DNA of 64,000 nucleotides from Candidatus Moraniibacteriota bacterium (GCA_028688415.1 JAQTYF010000001.1:336627-400626); one strand, 5' to 3'. Shown: positions 18,394 to 29,649, numbered from the stretch's first letter. Translations and numbers: made by a program. Notes: generated from the letters alone by a model not told the origin.

Positions 18394-20130
18394 TTATTCA
18401 GTAGTTGGTGGAAGCTTCTTCCGAGGAACAAACAGCCAGAGATGTCTCTCTGCCCAGCTCGTCACAAGGAATCGCAGTGTGACACGGACCAACACCACAG
18501 CTGTAAACATCGAGAGAAGGATACCGAGCGTCAGGATGAGAGCAAAGCCTTTTACAAAACCCGTTCCGGAACCGATAAGGATGAATGTCGTAATGAGTGT
18601 CGAATAATTGCCATCACGGATACTCGGCCACGCACGACGGAAACCTTCATCGAGAGCTTTGTAAATATTCTTGCCGTATCCGAGTTCTTCACGAGTACGT
18701 TCGAAAATAAGGACGTTCGCATCCACTGCCATACCGATAGAGAGGATAAATCCAGCAATACCAGATAACGTAACGGTAATCGAAAATGGAGTGAAGGTAG
18801 AGAGTTTGAAAATCGTGAGGAGCATCGCTGTGTACAGGATGAGTGCAAGCACCGCGATGACACCCAAGAAACGATAGTAAAAAATCATAAAGACAGCAAC
18901 GACTCCGAGACCGATCATCCCAGCGAAGAGACTTTGCTTCAAGGCATTCTGTCCAAGCGATGCATCGACACTTTGTTGTCCGACGAGCGTAATCGGTACT
19001 GGGAGAGCTCCTTCATTTAAGCGTTTCACGAGATCATTAGCTTGTTGCATTGTGTAATTTCCAGTAATAACGGCTTGTCCAGCTGGTATTTCCGCTTGAA
19101 TCGTCGGAGCATATGGTGGATCTGATTTATCAATAATTCCATCACCATTTGTATCAGTTATCGGAAGACCATCAAGAACAATCGCTAATCCTTTGCCAAT
19201 ATTACGTTTAGTGATATCTGCGAAAAGCTGTGTTCCTTCATCATCAAACTGAAGTGCGACCTGAGGAGAACCGACACCCTGACTCTGATAATCCACACTC
19301 GCATTTTTCAAATTTTTCCCTGACAGACCCGTAGCTACCCACTGTAGTTCTGGATACTGTTCGATGGAACGTTTCATAAACAAAATATGGGAAGCACGAA
19401 CCTCTCGATCTTCACCCTCACCCCTTTCTTCTACTTTCCTTATGATGTGCCACCCGTACTGACTCTCGACGAGTGTCGGATAGATACTTCCTGATTGCAA
19501 AGATGCATCAAAAACAACAGAATCAAATTCTGGGACAAATGTCCCTTGTTTCACAAAATCGAGATCTCCACCTTTCTCTTTCGATCCTGGGTCTTGACTG
19601 AATTCTCCAGCAAGTGCAGAAAAATTTTCTCCTTTCTTCGCACGCTCGAGAACCTGTTCTGCTTGGACCTTCGTTTCTTGATTGAGGGTTACGAGTTGTT
19701 TCAGAGTATCAGAATCGGGATCAATCTGTTCACGAAACTCGAGAAATGGAGTTTCTTTGATCATTTTCTTGGCTTGTTCGATATCTTTGATGCCTGGAAG
19801 TTCCACGATAATACGCTCTTCGATACCTGATCGTGACAACTGTACCAGTGGTTCCCCGACACCAAATGCGTTCACTCGACGTTCGATCACTGCCTGGACA
19901 GCAGAAAGAGCTTCACTTACCTTGCCATCAGGGACTTGCGAGACATCAGCTTTGTATTCGAGATGAATGCCTCCTTGCAAATCGAGACCCTGATTGACCT
20001 TCCACGAATCGACAACATCAAAAACCGGTGGAGCAAATCTTACCAACGGTGGATAGGCAATAATACCTACGACGAGACTGAGAAATAAAACGAGAAGAAA
20101 ATGCGTACGTCTTTTTTCAGATTGATTCAT
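18394..20130 (-). CDS. secD: Protein translocase subunit SecD with inserted parvulin-type PPIase domain
   Basis: GLDLQGG, RRVNAFGVGEP, GMAVDANVLIFER; insert FSQDPGSKEKGGDL...FVPEF...SQYGWHII; start placed at MNQSEK. Confidence 0.93.
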   Translation of the reverse strand: MNQSEKRRTHFLLVLFLSLVVGIIAYPPLVRFAPPVFDVVDSWKVNQGLDLQGGIHLEYKADVSQVPDGKVSEALSAVQAVIERRVNAFGVGEPLVQLSRSGIEERIIVELPGIKDIEQAKKMIKETPFLEFREQIDPDSDTLKQLVTLNQETKVQAEQVLERAKKGENFSALAGEFSQDPGSKEKGGDLDFVKQGTFVPEFDSVVFDASLQSGSIYPTLVESQYGWHIIRKVEERGEGEDREVRASHILFMKRSIEQYPELQWVATGLSGKNLKNASVDYQSQGVGSPQVALQFDDEGTQLFADITKRNIGKGLAIVLDGLPITDTNGDGIIDKSDPPYAPTIQAEIPAGQAVITGNYTMQQANDLVKRLNEGALPVPITLVGQQSVDASLGQNALKQSLFAGMIGLGVVAVFMIFYYRFLGVIAVLALILYTAMLLTIFKLSTFTPFSITVTLSGIAGFILSIGMAVDANVLIFERTREELGYGKNIYKALDEGFRRAWPSIRDGNYSTLITTFILIGSGTGFVKGFALILTLGILLSMFTAVVLVRVTLRFLVTSWAERHLWLFVPRKKLPPTTE

Positions 20131-20265
20131 ACGGTAATACGGATAACAAGAGAATAAGTAAAGCGTTGAGATTTGAGACAATTACTAAGAGCAGTATAAC
20201 CGAAAGAAAAGAGCAAGGCAAGTGCCTTTTTCTTCATATTTTTTCTCAAATCACTCTACAAAACC

Positions 20266-21966
20266 TTACACTATCATTCTCTCATCGAGACGTTTCAAAA
20301 GGCGCTCGATATGAGGCAATGTTTTGGCAACATACGATTCGTAGTCAGCAATGGAAGTGAGTAGACCATTCTCGAGAACAAATGTCTGTGTCAGACGCAC
20401 ACGTTCCAAGAAACGACGGTCGTGTGTCACGAGAAGCAAAGTACCCGGGTAGGTGTCGAGCGCTTCTTCGAGTGCTTCGATAGCCTCAAGATCGAGATGA
20501 TTCGTCGGCTCATCGAGCACGAGCACATTGGCACGCATCGCAGAAAGCAACGCAAGAATGAGACGTACACGTTCTCCAGGACTCAATGCATCAATCTTGT
20601 CATTCAATACATCTGGTGCGAATTGGAAAGAAGCAAGATGCGTCGCGATGACATCACGTTCTCTTATATCGAGACGGTCTCGAAAGAGTTCATACGGTGT
20701 ACTACTTTTAGAAATATTTTCATATTCCTGCATCAAAAATCCAAAAATAAGTTTCTTTCCACAAATTCTCTTCCCACTTATCGGTGCAAGTGATCCTTCG
20801 ATTACTCGGAGCAATGTCGACTTGCCTACACCGTTGTTTCCGAGAAGAGCGAGACGTGTTCCAAACGGAATCTTCATATCAATCGGTCCACCGGAAAAAC
20901 CGTCAGGGTATCCAAAACATACTTTACGCAACACAATCGCACCCTCCTTCTCTACCGCAGGTGATTCGAATGACATCATAAGAGGATCGCGTATGAGCGG
21001 TTTTTCGACAGTATGGAGACGTTTCTGACGTTCTTCGAGCGCTTTGGCCGAAGCAGTAAATTTCCGCGTTGCACGCTCTTTTTTGAAATTTGCGGACATC
21101 GTATCCTTGTCTGGAGCTTTCTTATTCTTCACACGTTCTACCCAATCCATTTTCTGATCAACAGAGATGATGAGGCGTTCACGTTCTTCCTCCTGCATAC
21201 GATACTGCTCTTTGTGTTTTCGGATACTGTGCGCTTTCATCTCTGCAAATGAACTCCAATTCCCTGTGTACATCGTCACGTCACGTTTGTACCAATCGAT
21301 CTCCATAATTTTTTGCACAACATTGTCGAGAAAACGACGATCGTGTGAAGCGATGATGCATGTTGTCGAAGAACGGTTGAGGTATTTTTCCAACCATAAG
21401 AGCGATGGGAGATCGAGATTGTTCGTCGGTTCATCAAGAAGAAGCATATCCACACCACGGAGGAGCACTCCTGCCAAAGCGGCTTTGCGTTTTTCACCGC
21501 CCGAGAGTTCTGACAAGGGACGATTATTATCGATATGAGAGAGCATCAATCCTTCGAGGATCATTTTTGCTTTATACGGAAAATTGTATCCACCGAGACG
21601 TTCGTATTCTTGACGAAGCATCTCATATTTTTCGAGGAAGATAGGTTCTGCGATATGTGGTTCGAGAAGAGACATTTCTTTTTCGAGATCATACAGCCCT
21701 GCCATTCGTCGTAAATACGTGAGGAGCGTTTCTTCTGAATCAGCGAGAGTTTCCTGAGAGAGATATCCGGTCAAAACACGATTCGGTTTTTGTATCGTTC
21801 CTCTGTCTGGTGTCTCTATCCCAGCAATGATCTTGAGCAGAGTGGATTTTCCTGCGCCATTCTGTCCGACGAGAGCGACTTTCTGACCTTCGCCAATAGA
21901 AAAAGCCACCTTCTCGAGAACGCGGACGGTACCATATATTTTTCGAACATTTTTGAGAGTCAGCAT
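20266..21966 (-). CDS. ABC-F family ATPase
   Basis: Two ABC domains (GQNGAGKS/LSGGE/LDEPTN and GNNGVGKS/LSPGE/LDEPTNHLD), no TM segments. Confidence 0.92.
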   Translation of the reverse strand: MLTLKNVRKIYGTVRVLEKVAFSIGEGQKVALVGQNGAGKSTLLKIIAGIETPDRGTIQKPNRVLTGYLSQETLADSEETLLTYLRRMAGLYDLEKEMSLLEPHIAEPIFLEKYEMLRQEYERLGGYNFPYKAKMILEGLMLSHIDNNRPLSELSGGEKRKAALAGVLLRGVDMLLLDEPTNNLDLPSLLWLEKYLNRSSTTCIIASHDRRFLDNVVQKIMEIDWYKRDVTMYTGNWSSFAEMKAHSIRKHKEQYRMQEEERERLIISVDQKMDWVERVKNKKAPDKDTMSANFKKERATRKFTASAKALEERQKRLHTVEKPLIRDPLMMSFESPAVEKEGAIVLRKVCFGYPDGFSGGPIDMKIPFGTRLALLGNNGVGKSTLLRVIEGSLAPISGKRICGKKLIFGFLMQEYENISKSSTPYELFRDRLDIRERDVIATHLASFQFAPDVLNDKIDALSPGERVRLILALLSAMRANVLVLDEPTNHLDLEAIEALEEALDTYPGTLLLVTHDRRFLERVRLTQTFVLENGLLTSIADYESYVAKTLPHIERLLKRLDERMIV

Positions 21967-22116
21967 AAGAGATGGCAACTTTTTTACTTAAAATAAGAGG
22001 CTTCTAGGCCCTGCAGACCGAATAAAAACAATACAATAAAAAATGACTTTTGTAAAGCCCAAAAACGTAAATTCTCTCGCAATGATGGTGATGTTTTTAT
22101 CGGAGAAACAAACTTT

Positions 22117-22671
22117 TTAGATACTGTTTTTCTTTGTTATATATATTTCTGTTTCAGAAAGAATCCTCTTGGCATTGGCAAATGTCACCTTGTCGAGCGC
22201 TCGTTCGTATGGCAACCAGAGAAACCCTGTATGTTCGAAAGAAATATGCACATCAAATGTCTTTGTTTTGGCAGGATAAAAATGTACCTGTTTGAAAATC
22301 CAAATGCCTTTCTTGTTCCGTAGACGCTTGGCTCGTTCACTTCCTTTGGCAACATAGAAGAATCGTGTACTCAACCGAAAAGGAAAAGTCACGGTATCAG
22401 AAATCCCTGTCTCTTCCTCGGTCTCCCTACGGAGAGTCATTTCTTCGGTCTCATTTGCTTCGACGTGACCCTTCACAAAATCAAAATGTCCGCTCGGATA
22501 ATGGAGCAAGAGATATTCTCGAACACCATTATTCATACGAAACAAAACAGCCCCGATAGAAGTTTCCCATATCACAGGGAAGCCACACCACTTGAGAAGA
22601 AAATACAACGGCTTGATCACTGGTACACGCATAGATGTTTTGAAAGACAATATAACTTCTTTAGAGTACAA
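22117..22671 (-). CDS. NUDIX hydrolase (Ap4A hydrolase-like)
   Basis: Nudix box GHVEANETEEMTLRRETEEETG; start uncertain. Confidence 0.88.
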   Translation of the reverse strand: MYSKEVILSFKTSMRVPVIKPLYFLLKWCGFPVIWETSIGAVLFRMNNGVREYLLLHYPSGHFDFVKGHVEANETEEMTLRRETEEETGISDTVTFPFRLSTRFFYVAKGSERAKRLRNKKGIWIFKQVHFYPAKTKTFDVHISFEHTGFLWLPYERALDKVTFANAKRILSETEIYITKKNSI

Positions 22672-22759
22672 TAGAATTGTGAATTGACAAAATGATCTTT
22701 TAATGATTGAATATAATACTATCTTCTTGCTTTATTTAAAACATAACACATACCAGCAG

Positions 22760-24820
22760 ATGAGACGAATGCTCTTGCGTGAAATTCTCTGGATTATTTT
22801 TCTTACCGTATTAGGAACTTCCATCGGTATCCTTGCTATTTATTTCTTTGGAACTCCGAGCGTCCAAGAAATCGCTCATTTTCCCCTTCATCAAAGCACG
22901 AGATTTTTTGATCGGACCGGCACAACCGAACTGTACCGCCTCTACGACGAAGAAAATCGTCTCGTTATCGCACACGATGCCATCCCCGATACTATCCGTC
23001 TCGCGACCATCGCATCCGAAGATGCTCATTTCTACGCTCATCAAGGTATTGATATTCTTGCTATACTCCGTGCGCTCATCGTTGACGTCAAAAGCGGAGA
23101 AATCAAACAAGGAGGGTCGACGATTACCCAACAACTGGCGCGCAGCCTCTACCTCACACGAGAACGTACTTTACAACGAAAAATCCGTGAACTTTTTCTC
23201 GCTGTCAAAATCGAAAATCATTTGAGTAAAGACGATATTCTTGATTTTTATCTCAATACCGTCCCCTATGGATCCAATGCGTATGGTATCGAGACAGCAT
23301 CAGAAACATTCTTTGGGAAAAAAGCCACCGATCTCACGCTCGAAGAAGGCGCACTCCTCGCTACACTGCCAAACGCTCCAACACTCTTTTCTCCTTATGG
23401 AAAGAATGTTGAAGGACTTCGATCGAGACAGAGAGCTCTTTTGAATCGGATGTATGATCTCAGATTCATCACAGAGCAAGAGCTCGAACAGGCACTCTCG
23501 GTAGATATTATTTCCAGCATTCTTCCATTGAAACGAAATATCGTCGCACCACATTTTGTCTTTTATGTCATTGCTGAACTGGAAAAAAACTATTCGCGAG
23601 AACAACTGGAGACGGAAGGATTTTCGATCTACACAACCATCAATCTCGATCTCCAGAACGCTGGCGAAGAAGCTGTTTCGGATGGTGCAAAGAAAAATAT
23701 TGCTAGAGGTGCAACTAATGCTGGACTCGTCGCTCTTGATGCAAAAACAGGTGAAGTTCTCGTAATGGTTGGCTCCAAAGATTATTTCGATGAAAGCGTC
23801 GATGGGAATGTGAATATTACGATACGGGAGCGACAACCTGGTTCTGCATTCAAGCCATTCGCCTATGCAAAAGCCTTTGAAAAAGGATTCCAACCAGAAT
23901 CAATCGTCATCGATCGTCCTATCAATTTTGGTCCTGACGGTTCTGGACGTCCATATATTCCGAGGAATTACGATGGGAAATTTCATGGGGTACTGACGAT
24001 GCGTCAGGCACTCGCAATGTCTCTCAATGTCCCCGCGGTGCAGACTCTCGCTCTCGCAGGTGTCATAGACACTATCGAACTCGCTACTCGCCTCGGTATC
24101 ACGACACTGACCGATCCATCACGTTATGGTCTGGCGCTCGTACTTGGTGGAGCAGAAGTGAGACCGATAGATATGGCAAGTGCTTTTTCGGTATTCAGTC
24201 AAGAAGGCATGCGTCATCCTCTCAAATCGATACTGAAGATCGTCGATAAAAATAATGAGGAATATGTTCGGATCAAAGATACGGAAAGTACACGTGTTCT
24301 TGAAACAGATATTGCTCAGAAAATTAATTCCATTCTTTCGGATAATACGTCTCGTACACCTATATTCGGAGCTCGTAGCCCCCTCGCTTTCCCTTCTGGT
24401 GTATCAGTCGCCGCCAAAACAGGGACGACACAGAATTTTCGTGATGCCTGGACGGTCGGGTATACACCATCCATCGCTGTAGCAGTATGGGCCGGTAACA
24501 ATGATAATCACCCTATGAAAGCTGGTGCGGATGGTATCTTTGTCGCTGCCCCGATATGGCGACAGTTTATGAATATTGCGCTCATTCATTTTCCAGAGAC
24601 GGGTTTCACTGCGTACGAAAAAACAGCTCTCCCAGAAAAGAATATGCTTTCATCCAACACGCAAAAAACAATGTATTTTGATAAAAAAACTGGTCGAGAA
24701 ATCTCTCCAGAGAAAGCCAGGAAACTGAAAAAGAATCGTGTCGAGACACGAGTGATCGATATTATTCCCGGAGAGATAGCTCTGATTCAAGAGACTCCGA
24801 CTCCGAAGAAAAAGAAATAG
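22760..24820 (+). CDS. Class A penicillin-binding protein (PBP1A family)
   Basis: EDAHF, GGSTITQQL, RKIRE (transglycosylase); SAFK, SLN, KTGT (transpeptidase). Confidence 0.95.
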   Translation: MRRMLLREILWIIFLTVLGTSIGILAIYFFGTPSVQEIAHFPLHQSTRFFDRTGTTELYRLYDEENRLVIAHDAIPDTIRLATIASEDAHFYAHQGIDILAILRALIVDVKSGEIKQGGSTITQQLARSLYLTRERTLQRKIRELFLAVKIENHLSKDDILDFYLNTVPYGSNAYGIETASETFFGKKATDLTLEEGALLATLPNAPTLFSPYGKNVEGLRSRQRALLNRMYDLRFITEQELEQALSVDIISSILPLKRNIVAPHFVFYVIAELEKNYSREQLETEGFSIYTTINLDLQNAGEEAVSDGAKKNIARGATNAGLVALDAKTGEVLVMVGSKDYFDESVDGNVNITIRERQPGSAFKPFAYAKAFEKGFQPESIVIDRPINFGPDGSGRPYIPRNYDGKFHGVLTMRQALAMSLNVPAVQTLALAGVIDTIELATRLGITTLTDPSRYGLALVLGGAEVRPIDMASAFSVFSQEGMRHPLKSILKIVDKNNEEYVRIKDTESTRVLETDIAQKINSILSDNTSRTPIFGARSPLAFPSGVSVAAKTGTTQNFRDAWTVGYTPSIAVAVWAGNNDNHPMKAGADGIFVAAPIWRQFMNIALIHFPETGFTAYEKTALPEKNMLSSNTQKTMYFDKKTGREISPEKARKLKKNRVETRVIDIIPGEIALIQETPTPKKKK

Positions 24821-24831
24821 GTATAGTCCTT

Positions 24832-26100
24832 TTACTCTCTACGTAGCGCTTCCATCGGGGAGAGCTTGGATGCACGGTAGGCTGGCGCAATACCGAAAAT
24901 AAGACCGACTGCCATCGAGAATCCAGCTCCCAAGAAAAATGATGTGAGGGAAAATTGCAGAACAACATCATACCCGAGACGCTGAAAAAGAATACTCAAA
25001 CCAAAAGAGAGGAGACTGCCAAGAATGATGCCGATAAGTCCACCCATAAAAGTAATGATGAGTGCCTCAAAAAGGAATTGTCTCAAAATACCCCCACTCG
25101 TTGCTCCCACTGCTTTACGAAGACCGATTTCACTTGTCCGTTCTGAAACAGAAACATACATCACGTTCATAATACCGACACCGCCAACAACGAGAGAAAT
25201 AGAAGTCAAAGCAAGGAGAAGTATTGTCATCGATCCGAGGACATCACCGAGAGTTTGCTGAGCTTCCTTGGTCGAACTCACTGCAAAATCATCTTTATTC
25301 GGGTTATCAATATCGTGACGTTTACGAAGCAGTGCGACGATATCTGCGACTGTTTCTTTTTCATGCGAGACATCTTTCATCTGAACCGATATCATCTGGA
25401 CATACTCCACACCAAGTATTTTTTTCTGAAGCGTCTGAATCGGTACATAGGTGAATGTATCAAAATTGAGAAATGCTACCGTACCTCGTGACGTCAACAC
25501 TCCAATAACGCGATATTTCTCACCCTTGAGAGTAATCGATTGTCCAACCGCTTCACTTTCTCCAAAAAAAGTTTTCTTGGTTTCTGATCCAAGGACGACA
25601 ACACGCGATAGACTCGCATCTTCTCCTTCAGTGAAGAATCTACCACTTGAGAGTTTCGCGTTCCGATCGACTTGTACGACATCAGCACCCGTACCAAAAA
25701 GCAGTATCCTTTTTTCCACAGAACCAGCAGTGGCTCGCTCTTGTCCTATCGTCCCTGCGTACACTGCTACGACATTGGGTAATTTGTGGATAGCTTCACC
25801 GTCTTTCACAGTCAGTGTCGTGATTTGTGTTCCTTGTGCTCTCCCTGTTGCATTGCCTGATGATTGCGTCCCTGTACCAGGAATTTTGACTTCTACTTGG
25901 ATAAGATCAGCACCAAAACTCTCTACCTGACCCAATATAAAACCCTTCACACCATCACCGAGTGTCATCACAATTACTACGGCAAAGACACCGATCACAA
26001 CACCAAGAAGCGCTAAAAATGTACGGGCTTTGTGAGTCCGAATTGTTTTGAGAGCAAAAGAAAATGCTGTCGTGATTTTTCGAAGAGAAAGATTATTCAT
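24832..26100 (-). CDS. MacB/FtsX-like ABC transporter permease
   Basis: LGVVIGV, GGVGIMNVMYVSVSERTSEIGLRKAVGA, PMEALR. Confidence 0.93.
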   Translation of the reverse strand: MNNLSLRKITTAFSFALKTIRTHKARTFLALLGVVIGVFAVVIVMTLGDGVKGFILGQVESFGADLIQVEVKIPGTGTQSSGNATGRAQGTQITTLTVKDGEAIHKLPNVVAVYAGTIGQERATAGSVEKRILLFGTGADVVQVDRNAKLSSGRFFTEGEDASLSRVVVLGSETKKTFFGESEAVGQSITLKGEKYRVIGVLTSRGTVAFLNFDTFTYVPIQTLQKKILGVEYVQMISVQMKDVSHEKETVADIVALLRKRHDIDNPNKDDFAVSSTKEAQQTLGDVLGSMTILLLALTSISLVVGGVGIMNVMYVSVSERTSEIGLRKAVGATSGGILRQFLFEALIITFMGGLIGIILGSLLSFGLSILFQRLGYDVVLQFSLTSFFLGAGFSMAVGLIFGIAPAYRASKLSPMEALRRE

Positions 26101-27334
26101 ATCGCAGTGCTTCCATAGGGCTTATACGCGAGGCTTTGATAGCGGGATAAAGTCCAAAAACAATACCGATAATAAAAGAAACTGAAAACCCAATCAGAAG
26201 AGACGAAAGAGGAACAAGGAATTGCCAATCATATTCAAGACTGATCAGGATAAGCGATACGAGATAGGCAACGAGCACCCCAAAGAGAATCCCGATGATA
26301 CCCCCGGCAATCGTGATGAAAGATGCTTCAATGAGAAATTGGGCAATGATGTGTATTTTCTGCGCACCAACTGCTTTCCTGAGACCGACTTCACGCACGC
26401 GCTGAGAGACGGAAATAAGCATTGAGTTCATAATACCCACTCCTCCTACGAGAAGCGAAATGGAAGCGATGGCAAGGAGGAAATATTTCAAGACATCAGT
26501 AATCGTAGTCAGAATATCAAGAGCGGCAGCAGTACTCCGTACCGAGAAATCAGATTCTTCGTTATCTTTCATATCATGTCGTTTACGGAGCAAAATGTTT
26601 ATATCAGCGACACTGCGTTCGATATTTATCGCGTCATCTATCTTGGCACGTGCGGAATTGAGATAATTGATACCGAGCAACAATTTCTGTGCTGTCCCGA
26701 GTGGTACATAGAGGAGAACATCTGGATTGGAAAACCCTGATGATCCACGCTCTTCGAGTACGCCAATCACTTTGAAAGGAATTTTTTTGAGTGTTACTGT
26801 CTCTCCGATAGGATTGCGATTCGCAAACAATTCTTTCGCTTGTGTCGCACCGAGCACCATCACGCGAGACAGATCCATCTCTTCTTCAGGGAAGAAAAAA
26901 CGACCTGACGCGATACGAATATTCTCTATCTGTATAAGATCTGGTGATACTCCCTGAAAACTCGATTCGAGTGAGGTAGACTGAAACTCCGTCGTCCCCG
27001 TCCCGGTCACATACCCTGATACGGCATCGAGATGAGGCACATTTCTTCTTTCACGGAGCGCTTTCAGATCATCGTAAGTGAGAGAAGTGGTTACGATGCC
27101 GAGAGCAGAGGCAGGCGGGCCCTTCTCTTCAGAAGCACCAGGAAGAATAGCGACGAGATTCGAACCGACGTTCTCTATCTGTGAGAGGACGAGTTTCTGC
27201 GCACTCGCTCCGATCGCCATCACGAGAATGACCGACGCGACACCGATCACCACACCGAGTACTGTCAGAAAAAACCGCAATTTCGATGCCGTGAGCGTCC
27301 GATAGGATATTTTTATTGGATCTGATAATTTCAT
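26093..27334 (-). CDS. MacB/FtsX-like ABC transporter permease
   Basis: GGVGIMNSMLISVSQRVREVGLRKAVGA, PMEALRYE. Confidence 0.93.
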   Translation of the reverse strand: MKLSDPIKISYRTLTASKLRFFLTVLGVVIGVASVILVMAIGASAQKLVLSQIENVGSNLVAILPGASEEKGPPASALGIVTTSLTYDDLKALRERRNVPHLDAVSGYVTGTGTTEFQSTSLESSFQGVSPDLIQIENIRIASGRFFFPEEEMDLSRVMVLGATQAKELFANRNPIGETVTLKKIPFKVIGVLEERGSSGFSNPDVLLYVPLGTAQKLLLGINYLNSARAKIDDAINIERSVADINILLRKRHDMKDNEESDFSVRSTAAALDILTTITDVLKYFLLAIASISLLVGGVGIMNSMLISVSQRVREVGLRKAVGAQKIHIIAQFLIEASFITIAGGIIGILFGVLVAYLVSLILISLEYDWQFLVPLSSLLIGFSVSFIIGIVFGLYPAIKASRISPMEALRYE

Positions 27335-28053
27335 TTGAGAAATGTTTCCCCTGCCTTAGCGATACGACGATTGGTGACGAGTGTGTCTCCGATGATCTGA
27401 CCATCTTTCATAGAGAGGATGCGTTTGGCATGTTCTGCGGTGTATGTCTCGTGAGTGACGAGGACGATCGTGCGTCCTTCGTCATTGAGTTTCTGGAGAA
27501 TAGACATCACTTGAAGTCCTGCTTTGGAATCGAGATTTCCCGTCGGCTCATCAGCAAAAATAATTTCCGGATTGTTCACGAGTGCTCGAGCAATAGCCAC
27601 ACGTTGTTTCTCCCCTCCTGAGAGCTGACTCGAGAGATAGTCCTTGCGATGTGTCATATCGACAGCTGCTATAGCACCGAGTACCTTCTTTTCATTTTCC
27701 TCGATTTGTTTGTCATCATAGAGGAGAGGGAGTTCGACGTTTTCATACACACTCGTCTTTGGGAGGAGGTTGAATGCCTGAAAAACAAAACCTATGGTCC
27801 TGTTTCGGAGACGTGCCAATTCGTCATCAGTGAACTGCGTCACGTCTTTGTCCTCGAGGAGATATACTCCTCCTGTCGCCCGATCGAGAAGTCCGAGAAT
27901 CTGCATCAGTGTCGATTTCCCTGATCCCGACGGACCCATAATGGATATGAATTCTCCTTTCTCTATACGAAAACTCGCAGAAAAAAGAGCTTTGGTTTCC
28001 ACATCTTCATTCTTGTAAGTTTTCTCGAGGTTTGAAACAGTGATGAGACTCAT
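27331..28053 (-). CDS. ABC transporter ATP-binding protein (LolD/MacB type)
   Basis: [32 protein letters not shown]. Confidence 0.95.
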   Translation of the reverse strand: MSLITVSNLEKTYKNEDVETKALFSASFRIEKGEFISIMGPSGSGKSTLMQILGLLDRATGGVYLLEDKDVTQFTDDELARLRNRTIGFVFQAFNLLPKTSVYENVELPLLYDDKQIEENEKKVLGAIAAVDMTHRKDYLSSQLSGGEKQRVAIARALVNNPEIIFADEPTGNLDSKAGLQVMSILQKLNDEGRTIVLVTHETYTAEHAKRILSMKDGQIIGDTLVTNRRIAKAGETFLK

Positions 28054-28065
28054 ATTTTCTTTCCG

Positions 28066-29088
28066 TTATTTGACTTGTACGGAACCAATCGTTACTTCGT
28101 TCCCTTCTTTGAGACCTGATTTTATTTCAATGGTCCCGTCATCTCCCTCGAGACCAGTAGTCACTTCTGTTTTCACAAATGTCCCGTCAGATTGTTTGAG
28201 TTCTGCATATGTTTTTCCGTTTTCTTTTGTCAATGCTCGAAACGGTACCGTCAAAACATTTTCTCGTTTTGCTGTTTCGATATCGATATTGGCGGTCATT
28301 CCCTCCTTCAAACGGGTATCCATTCTCTCTAAATGAAATTTGACAACATACGAAACAACATCCTGGATCACTGTTGCAGATTTGGCAACATCTTCCACTT
28401 GAGCCGAAAAAATTTCTTCTGTCGTAAATGCATCGAATGTTATCTGAGACTCCATACCGAGTGCGATTTTTATAATATCTGACTCAGGTACTCTCGATTC
28501 AATGACGAAACTTTCTGTTTTTGAAACACGTCCAATACTTTTCCCGAGGGTGACGATCTCACCGACACGAATATTGAGTTTCGTTATTTGTCCATCAAAC
28601 GGAGCGAGAAGTACGTTTTGTTTCATTTGTGATTCGAGCATACGAACATTTTCTTGTGTCTGTTCGGTCTTCAGTGTGATTGCCGTACGTTCCTCTGGTT
28701 TGAGATCATCCCATCCTTTCCCGAGAGTGTTTTTTCGGTTACGAGATTGTTTCTCATTCTGTTCAGTAATCGATGCGGTAATACGTGCTTGCTTCAATTG
28801 AGAAAAAAGGATTGCACGATCGACAGAAGCGATACGTTGTCCAGCAACCACCATGTCTCCTTCTTTCACATTTACTTCGTCTACCATTCCAATACTCTGA
28901 AAAGAGAGGTCAGCATATTCTCTCGGTACTACCTCTCCTGTCACACTCACTGTCTCTGAGAGAGTGCTTCGTTTGACGGTTTCTGTTTGTACAGGAACAA
29001 CCGTGTTCTTGTTCCGATAATAAGCAATGATGCCCCAAAGAGAGAGCAGGAGAAGAAGGCTTATGATGACTCTTTTTTTTGTAAACAT
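28066..29088 (-). CDS. Efflux periplasmic adaptor (MacA-like)
   Basis: N-terminal TM, lipoyl-like halves (VNVKEGDMV; APFDGQI), LKEGMTA; in an operon with the ABC genes. Confidence 0.9.
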   Translation of the reverse strand: MFTKKRVIISLLLLLSLWGIIAYYRNKNTVVPVQTETVKRSTLSETVSVTGEVVPREYADLSFQSIGMVDEVNVKEGDMVVAGQRIASVDRAILFSQLKQARITASITEQNEKQSRNRKNTLGKGWDDLKPEERTAITLKTEQTQENVRMLESQMKQNVLLAPFDGQITKLNIRVGEIVTLGKSIGRVSKTESFVIESRVPESDIIKIALGMESQITFDAFTTEEIFSAQVEDVAKSATVIQDVVSYVVKFHLERMDTRLKEGMTANIDIETAKRENVLTVPFRALTKENGKTYAELKQSDGTFVKTEVTTGLEGDDGTIEIKSGLKEGNEVTIGSVQVK

Positions 29089-29120
29089 GCTTTTACGATA
29101 ACAAGTTATATTTCTCTTTA

Positions 29121-29579
29121 TTAAAACAAATTGCTCTGCTTTGCTGCCTCATCCATAGCGCGGTTCGCTTCCGCATCAGCCACTGTGTTGTATTCTCTCA
29201 TCACATGAACAAACTTCACTTCTCCAAAATCAAGCATGAGGTTCCATATTTCGAGAAAAAGTGGCTGTAGTTTTTCATTTTCTATCTTGTATTCATGATT
29301 CAGCTGTTTGCAGGCGAGTTCGCTATCCATACGGCATTCTATAGCTGCTTTTTTGGCTACGGCTTTTCCAATCAATGCTTTTATTTTCTTCAAACCAAAA
29401 AGAATAGCGGAATATTCCGCCTCGTTGTTTGTCTTTGTTCCGAGGAATTCTCCGTATTTCTTCTCCAGTGTTTCGATATATACACCAAGCGCTGCTGGAC
29501 CAGGGTTTCCACGTGAACCTCCATCGCTATACATCACTATTTTTTCCATACTATTTTCATCATAATATTCCTCATTCAT
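29121..29579 (-). CDS. rnhA: Ribonuclease HI
   Basis: DGGSRGNPG, TNNEAEY, DSEL, N..AD. Confidence 0.92.
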   Translation of the reverse strand: MNEEYYDENSMEKIVMYSDGGSRGNPGPAALGVYIETLEKKYGEFLGTKTNNEAEYSAILFGLKKIKALIGKAVAKKAAIECRMDSELACKQLNHEYKIENEKLQPLFLEIWNLMLDFGEVKFVHVMREYNTVADAEANRAMDEAAKQSNLF

Positions 29580-29649
29580 AGTACCATAACAGAAGAGAAA
29601 TATCTACAATAAAAAAACAGCTGAGTGAATAAAGTTATTCATCAGCTGT

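Noticed and set aside
22278-22290. Extra copy of aaaaatgtacctg
   Set aside because: Lies inside the NUDIX CDS and lacks the following RC; treated as chance and noted as a caveat for the junction-motif finding
22684-22717. TTGACA...TATAAT promoter for the PBP gene
   Set aside because: Spacing is 22 bp, too long for one sigma70 promoter
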